From an uncultured Eubacteriales bacterium (GTDB lineage: Bacteria; Bacillota; Clostridia; Christensenellales; CAG-138): DNA of 64,000 nucleotides. Each line of letters begins with the position of its first letter. The first letter of the stretch is position 1. The stretch spans positions 46,577 to 110,576 of the forward strand of contig CACXMS010000001.1 in NCBI GenBank assembly GCA_902768795.1. Reading direction: 5' to 3'. The translations under genes were made by a program, and so were the position numbers. Under the pieces are notes generated by a model. That model saw only the letters and a program-made list of their open reading frames with translations, did not search any database and was not told the DNA's origin. Positions 58,701-64,000 of the stretch are shown here, piece by piece.

Positions 58701-61040
58701 TCAGTCTTCGCGTTCCGCCTTGAAGTTGGCGAACAGATCGGCCAGCGAAGTGGTGGTCTGCTGTACGGGCGGGAGCTCGTATTCACCGTCTTCGCTGCTG
58801 CGGCGACGGCGATCCGGGCGGGAGCTCTGACGCTCGCTGTTTTCCTGCGCGCGGCGCTCCTGACGCTCCTGACGCTCCTTATTCTGCTGCTCACGCTGCG
58901 CTTTGCGCTCCTGATAGAGGCGCTCACGCTCCGCCTTTTCGGCCGCGAGCTGCTCGGCAATCTCGGGGTTCTCCTCAAGGATTGCTTCCTTGCGACTCAA
59001 GCTGATGCGCTTTGCTTCGACATTGACTTCGAGCACTTTGCAGCGAACGATGTCGCCGACCTTGAGCTCGTCTTCCACTTTCTCAACGCGCTTCACGGCA
59101 ACCTGAGAAATGTGGATGAGACCGTCGATCGTCGGCTCCAACGCAACGAAAGCGCCGAACGGTACAATACGGACGACCTTGCCCTCAACGATAGAGCCGA
59201 TCGGATACTTTTCGGCCGCTTTGGTCCAGGGCTTCGGCTGAAGCTGCTTGTAACCGAGGGAAATACGTTCTTTCTCCTTATCGACATTGAGGATCAAAAC
59301 TTCGATTTCCTGACCGATGGACAGCGCGTCAGACGGATGCTTGACTCTGCCCCAGGCACAGTCGGTCACATGAACGAGCCCGTCGATGCCGCCGATATCG
59401 ACAAACGCGCCGAAATCTGTGATGCGGCGAACAATGCCCTTCACCTTCTCGCCGACGACGAGAGCGTCCCATTTCGCCGCTTTCTCAGCAGCTGCTTCAT
59501 CCAGGATTACCTGCTTGGCGGAAGCGACCATGCGCTTTCTCTGCTTGTCAACTTCGAGCACCTTGACTTTGAACGTCTTGCCGACGTATCCGTCGAGTTT
59601 CTCAACATATTTTGTCGAAATATGCGAAGCGGGAACAAACGCGCGGACGCCCTGAATATCGGCGACCAAACCGCCCTTGACGACTTCCTTGCCGACAGCT
59701 TCGAAGACTTTGCCGACGGACTCCTGCGAAAGCAGTTCATCCCACAGCTTCTTGCCCTCGACGTTCTTGCGGGAAAGCAGAACGTTGCCTTCCCCGTCGT
59801 TGACCTTCATAACTTCGACATCGATGCTGTCGCCTTCCTTAACCACATCCTCCGGACGCAATTCGGGATCGGTCGAAAACTCGGCCTTGGGGACTACGCC
59901 GTCGGACTTATAGCCGATGTTGACGAAAACTTCGCCGTCAACGACTTGCAGCACCGTTCCGGTGATGAACTGGCCGGGACGAATGCGCTTAACGGTCTTT
60001 TCGAAGGCTTGTTCAAAATTATCGGCGGGCTCATCGGCCGGCGTTTCCTTCGCAGGTTCTTCAGCGGGGGCTGCTTCTTCTGCAACGGTTTCCGGAACTT
60101 CTTCCGCTTCGACAGCAACGGTCTCTGCCACGGGTTCTTCCGCGACGGGTTCAGTGGTTTCGGCGACAACCTCAGCGGGAGCTTCCGCTTCGATGGTTTC
60201 AATCGTCTTCTCGAGTTCGCTCATTCGTAAATATACCTCCCTAATTGTTGCATTCGGAGTCGATGCTCCCGCAACAAGTCCTATTATATCATCGTGTTGA
60301 AATTTTTCAAGAGGAATTTTGCAGATTTTCCCGATGATTTCAGCATTTTTGCAATGGCTTCGGCACAAATCATACAAGGCGCGCGTGTTTGCACTGCTCT
60401 CGGAGCCAAGCACGTACATCCGCGTACAGCGTCTTGCAAGCGCTGCCGCCTCTTCCTGCCGGAGCCGCGTCGTATCGCAAATTGTATTGAATACGTGCAG
60501 CGTTTCAACGCGTGTGGAAAGCGCCGCGCGAATCTCTTCAAATGTCTCGGATTTCTGCGTCGTCTGAGATACAAGCGTTGCGGTTTCGGTCTTCGGTTCC
60601 AAAAGCGCCGAAGCTGCGTCCGGCAGAACGCAAACATTCTCCCCTGCGCTCCCGACGATCCCGATCACTTCGGGATGTTCCCGTTTTCCCGCAATATAAA
60701 CGTACTCGCCGGCTTCCGCCGCACGCTGCACAATCCGGTGAATTTTCGCAACAAACGGGCAGGTGGCGTCGATCAGATGCAGCCCCAGCGATTCGCATTT
60801 TGCGTATAATTCCGGCGGAGCGCCGTGCGCGCGAATGATCAATGTGTCGCCCGGCTTGAGCGATTCGAGATCGCTCACCGGAACGATTCCCTTTTGTCGC
60901 AGTTCCTCTACGACGTCTTCATTATGGATGATATTGCCATAGGTATACACGGCGCCGTTCTTTGCGGCTTCTTCCGCAAGACGGACTGCGCGCTGTACGC
61001 CAAAGCAAAACCCGCTGTGCTTTCCGACCAGAATCTGCAT
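58701..61040 (-). CDS. ispH: Bifunctional 4-hydroxy-3-methylbut-2-enyl diphosphate reductase (IspH) / ribosomal protein S1 fusion with a charged C-terminal tail
   Basis: IspH part has three conserved Cys contexts (FCFGV, ATCPFV, NTICDTT). An acidic A/E/P/V linker follows, then four S1 OB repeats and a tail of about 95 aa rich in R, E and Q. Start at ATG 61038-61040, overlapping the plsC stop. Confidence 0.92.
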   Translation of the reverse strand: MQILVGKHSGFCFGVQRAVRLAEEAAKNGAVYTYGNIIHNEDVVEELRQKGIVPVSDLESLKPGDTLIIRAHGAPPELYAKCESLGLHLIDATCPFVAKIHRIVQRAAEAGEYVYIAGKREHPEVIGIVGSAGENVCVLPDAASALLEPKTETATLVSQTTQKSETFEEIRAALSTRVETLHVFNTICDTTRLRQEEAAALARRCTRMYVLGSESSANTRALYDLCRSHCKNAEIIGKICKIPLEKFQHDDIIGLVAGASTPNATIREVYLRMSELEKTIETIEAEAPAEVVAETTEPVAEEPVAETVAVEAEEVPETVAEEAAPAEEPAKETPADEPADNFEQAFEKTVKRIRPGQFITGTVLQVVDGEVFVNIGYKSDGVVPKAEFSTDPELRPEDVVKEGDSIDVEVMKVNDGEGNVLLSRKNVEGKKLWDELLSQESVGKVFEAVGKEVVKGGLVADIQGVRAFVPASHISTKYVEKLDGYVGKTFKVKVLEVDKQRKRMVASAKQVILDEAAAEKAAKWDALVVGEKVKGIVRRITDFGAFVDIGGIDGLVHVTDCAWGRVKHPSDALSIGQEIEVLILNVDKEKERISLGYKQLQPKPWTKAAEKYPIGSIVEGKVVRIVPFGAFVALEPTIDGLIHISQVAVKRVEKVEDELKVGDIVRCKVLEVNVEAKRISLSRKEAILEENPEIAEQLAAEKAERERLYQERKAQREQQNKERQERQERRAQENSERQSSRPDRRRRSSEDGEYELPPVQQTTTSLADLFANFKAERED

Positions 61041-61639
61041 TAAAGTGCTTCCGCCTGCTCGCGGAGCGTCATCATGGCGTCCATGATGCGATTGTTCAAA
61101 GCGTCGACTGCCTTTCGGCCCGGGCATTGTTCCTTTACTTCGGACGGATAAATCGGCTCGCCGACTGCGGCGCGGATCCGGTTTCCGAGCTTCCAGGCGC
61201 CGGGCATAACGTAGATCGGAACAATCGGCGCATCGGCGCGCATCGCAATAAAGGCGCAGCCCTTATCGAACACATCCATCGTCACGCCATCCGCACAGCG
61301 ATGTCCCTCGGGAAAGATGCCGAACGCTTTTCCTTGGTTGAGCAGCGTGATCGCTTCCTTCAGCGCCTTGCGGTCCGCGGTATACTGTTGTACCGGGAAG
61401 GTCAGAAGCTGCTTGAACAGCCAGCGGCCGAACGGTTTATCGGACAGAGTGGACTTTGCCATAAAATGCACACGGCGGTTGCTCAGGATACCTACGACGA
61501 TCGGGTCGCCGAGAACCATGTGGTTGGAAACATAGATGACTTTTCCCTTCTGCAGCATGCCCTTTCGATTTACGACCTTCGGGCGAAACAGCAGCATGAC
61601 AACAGGTTTAACCAAAGCATATCCGATCGAATACAGCAT
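61040..61639 (-). CDS. plsC: 1-acyl-sn-glycerol-3-phosphate acyltransferase
   Basis: NHMVLGD (HxxxxD motif) and FPEG motif. Confidence 0.9.
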   Translation of the reverse strand: MLYSIGYALVKPVVMLLFRPKVVNRKGMLQKGKVIYVSNHMVLGDPIVVGILSNRRVHFMAKSTLSDKPFGRWLFKQLLTFPVQQYTADRKALKEAITLLNQGKAFGIFPEGHRCADGVTMDVFDKGCAFIAMRADAPIVPIYVMPGAWKLGNRIRAAVGEPIYPSEVKEQCPGRKAVDALNNRIMDAMMTLREQAEAL

Positions 61640-61640
61640 T

Positions 61641-62303
61641 TTATTCCTTCACCTCCGAAAGCAACGCTTCGACCGCCTGCTCAATCGTAAGCGCGGTCGT
61701 GTCAATCATAATCGTATCTTCTTTGCAGACAAGCGGCATATAGGCGCGCTCGCTGTCCTGTTTGTCCCTGCGGCGAATATCCGCAAGAATCGTTTCGTAA
61801 TCCGCGGCCTGTCCCTGCTCAAGAAGCTGCTTCATTCTTCGGTTTGCGCGCTCCTCCGCCGACGCCGTAATAAAAAACTTATGCGGCGTATCGGACAAAA
61901 CATTGGTACAGATATCCCGCCCGTCCATAATCACGGCGCGGCTATGCGCGACCTCACGCTGCAGTTCCGTCAGTCGATCCCGAACTTCCGGAACCATGCT
62001 GACCAGCGAAGCGCCCTGGGAAATCTCTTCCCTGCGAAGCTGTGACGTGACGTCCTCCCCATCCGAAAGCATATGCTGCTCGCCCGATTCCGTGTACCGA
62101 ACTTCGATCTGCATCTTCGGCAAATACGCCCGTACGGCGTCCCAGTCGGTTACATCAACGCCATGCCGCAGACAAGCTACCGCCAAAGCGCGATACATAG
62201 CGCCGGTATCCAGATAAGGGATCCCGAGTCTTTTTGCCGCTATCTTGGCAACCGTACTTTTTCCGGCGCCCGCCGGACCGTCAATTGCAATGCTGTATTT
62301 CAT
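61641..62303 (-). CDS. cmk: Cytidylate kinase
   Basis: IAIDGPAGAGKSTVAK....LG..YLDTGAMYR. Confidence 0.95.
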   Translation of the reverse strand: MKYSIAIDGPAGAGKSTVAKIAAKRLGIPYLDTGAMYRALAVACLRHGVDVTDWDAVRAYLPKMQIEVRYTESGEQHMLSDGEDVTSQLRREEISQGASLVSMVPEVRDRLTELQREVAHSRAVIMDGRDICTNVLSDTPHKFFITASAEERANRRMKQLLEQGQAADYETILADIRRRDKQDSERAYMPLVCKEDTIMIDTTALTIEQAVEALLSEVKE

Positions 62304-62306
62304 ACC

Positions 62307-63527
62307 TCACTCCCCGATACTGCTTCCCGCAAGCGCGCCGGTCGCCCATGCGATCTGCAAATTAAATCCACCCGTAAACGCATCGACATCGAGCATTTCA
62401 CCGGCAAAAAACAAGTTGCGAATCCGTTTCGACTCCATTGTGGAAGGATCGACTTCCCGGACGTCCACACCGCCGCGCGTAACGATCGCCTCCGCAATCG
62501 GCCGCGCGCCTTTTACGTGAAGCGGCAGCGCTTTCAAACACTCTGTCAGCGTATGCCGCTGCGACTTCGAAAACTGTGCCGCCGGAATATCGCCGTCAAT
62601 GCCCGCCTGCTTCAAAACAGCGGTCAAGAGCCGCTGCGGAAGAAGCCCGTAGAGCGCTCCGGCAAGCGATTTCCGGATGTTGGAGGAAAGATCCCGCAGC
62701 AACCTGGCATCGAGCTGTTCCTCGGATAAGCCCGGCTTCAGATCGATTTTCAGCACCGTTCCGCCGGGAGCATCCGCAATCACCGACGAGCAGGACAGCA
62801 CAAGCGGGCCGCTGACGCCGAAATGCGTGAAAAGCATCTCTCCCAGTTCGGAAAACACCTTCTTTTTGCCGCGGTATGCGCTGAGCGTGACATTCTTCAG
62901 CGTCAGTCCGGACAGCTCCGAGCACCATGTTTCCTCGGTCTCCAGCGGAATCAGCGCGGGGCGAAGCTCCGTTACCGTATGTCCGAGCGCACGGGCAAAG
63001 CGAAATCCGTCGCCTGTGCTTCCCGTCGCGGGATAAGAAATGCCGCCCGTTGCCAGAACAACCGCGTCAAACGGTTCCGTCGTATTTCCAATGCGAACGC
63101 CTGATACAGCGCCGTTTGCCGAAAGAATCTCGGACACCCTCGTGTTCAGCCGAATCCGGACGCCTGCATTTCGAACCGTTTTTTCCAGCGCCTTCAAAAC
63201 ATCGCTTGACTTATCCGAAGCGGGGAAAACGCGCTGTCCGCGCTCCGTTTTGGTTGGAACCCCTGCGTTTTCGATCAGCTCGATGATTGCGTTCGAATCG
63301 AAACAGGCGTATGCGCTGTACAGAAAGCGCGGATTGCGGGCAATATTCCGAAAAAAACCGTCCCGATTACAGGCGTTTGTCAGGTTGCAGCGACCCTTTC
63401 CTGTAATATAGAGCTTCTTGCCGAGTTTCTCATTTTGTTCGAACAGCGTAACGTCATGGCCGTTTTGGGCCGCTTTGATTGCCGCCAACTGCCCCGCCGC
63501 GCCTCCGCCGATAATGGCCGTTTGCAT
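62307..63527 (-). CDS. FAD-dependent oxidoreductase of the HI0933/YhiN (BaiN-like) family
   Basis: IIGGGAAG dinucleotide fold, GKKL..TG.GRCN.TN and C-terminal FAGE.LD.D..TGG.N motifs. Confidence 0.85.
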   Translation of the reverse strand: MQTAIIGGGAAGQLAAIKAAQNGHDVTLFEQNEKLGKKLYITGKGRCNLTNACNRDGFFRNIARNPRFLYSAYACFDSNAIIELIENAGVPTKTERGQRVFPASDKSSDVLKALEKTVRNAGVRIRLNTRVSEILSANGAVSGVRIGNTTEPFDAVVLATGGISYPATGSTGDGFRFARALGHTVTELRPALIPLETEETWCSELSGLTLKNVTLSAYRGKKKVFSELGEMLFTHFGVSGPLVLSCSSVIADAPGGTVLKIDLKPGLSEEQLDARLLRDLSSNIRKSLAGALYGLLPQRLLTAVLKQAGIDGDIPAAQFSKSQRHTLTECLKALPLHVKGARPIAEAIVTRGGVDVREVDPSTMESKRIRNLFFAGEMLDVDAFTGGFNLQIAWATGALAGSSIGE

Positions 63528-63645
63528 TGCTCCGCTCCATTTAATCTAAATTCCTACTGGTATACCATACCAAAAATCCCGTTCTTTTGCAAGGGCAATT
63601 TATCAAAACGCGCTTCTAAAACGAATCCATTATTTCAAAAAACAT

Positions 63646-63672
63646 AAAAAGAGGGCTGCCAAAGCAACCCTC
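63646..63672 (-). terminator. Terminator of the partial upstream gene
   Basis: The minus strand reads GAGGGTTGC-TTTG-GCAGCCCTC followed by TTTTTATGTTTTTT. Confidence 0.6.
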
Positions 63673-63688
63673 CCCAAGGCGAGAGGAA

Positions 63689-64000
63689 TTACTCCTCGTC
63701 GTCTTCATCGTCCTCATCGTCGTCATCAACCGATGCAAAGGAAAACAGTCTTGCGAGTCCCTTCTTCTTCGGCTTTGCCTCCTTCGGCTCGTCCTCGTCA
63801 TCGTACTCGTCGTCTTCCCCGTCGCTTCCTTCCAGCATGCGCTTAAACCAACCGACTTTCTTTTGGGGCTTCGGTTCATCCTCTTCCTCGTAGTCGTCTT
63901 CCTCCTGGACAGGCGCAGCTTTTTTGGTCTGCTTCACCGGCTTTTGGGGCGCAGGCTTTGCCGCCGATTTCGGTTCCGGCTTCGGCTCGGGCTTCGGCGT
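63689..64000 (-). CDS. C-terminal part of an unknown protein with a K/P-rich then highly acidic disordered tail (5' end outside window)
   Basis: The frame is open to the window edge (TPKPEPKPEPKSAAKP...). The tail has D/E runs and two short amphipathic motifs (GWFKRML, GLARLFSF). The track start at 63937 is only an internal GTG. Confidence 0.55.
   Translation of the reverse strand, partial: TPKPEPKPEPKSAAKPAPQKPVKQTKKAAPVQEEDDYEEEDEPKPQKKVGWFKRMLEGSDGEDDEYDDEDEPKEAKPKKKGLARLFSFASVDDDDEDDEDDEE

Overview
GC-rich window that appears to come from a spore-forming Firmicute of the class Clostridia. This guess rests on an intact sigK, a complete spoIIIAA-AH operon, an IspH-S1 fusion gene and a CIRCE/HrcA heat-shock operon. 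About 90 percent of the coding sequence is on the minus strand and most of it is core housekeeping. From left to right the window holds: the serS 3' end, a GNAT gene, an ABC-F ATPase, sigK, a LOR/SDH-like enzyme and TspO. Next comes yybS-gdpP-rplI-dnaB, preceded by an orphan DUF6291-like gene. Then thrS with a Thr T-box leader, and a dGTPase-like gene followed by dnaG-rpoD-ileS. A metal module follows (ArsR/SmtB regulator plus P1B-ATPase), then an orphan lipoprotein. After that is a coupled cluster of acyl-ACP thioesterase, a large secreted multidomain protein and a MATE transporter. The rest is DUF512-der-plsY, hrcA-grpE-dnaK-dnaJ-bioY, a Bacillus-like syntenic block (spoIIIA, asp23 cluster, nusB, xseAB, ispA, dxs, tlyA, nadK, argR, recN), a U32 peptidase, a tRNA-Thr/tRNA-Pro pair, an ECF S-component-like gene, a PAP2 phosphatase, cmk-plsC-ispH/rpsA and an FAD oxidoreductase. 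I found no CRISPR array, transposase, integrase, prophage block or recognisable defence or toxin genes. I therefore cannot support a discrete novel system here. The most interesting leads are small. They are the thioesterase/secreted enzyme/MATE operon and a 60-aa minimal SpoIIIAF. There is also a helically phased box array plus an orphan micro-ORF cassette next to sigK, and an orphan DUF6291-like gene carrying phased palindromes. Finally, a TsaD-like paralog sits where folD sits in Bacillus, and a tRNA-Thr has a non-canonical T-loop. All functional calls are by-eye motif and family recognition plus synteny. No searches were run.
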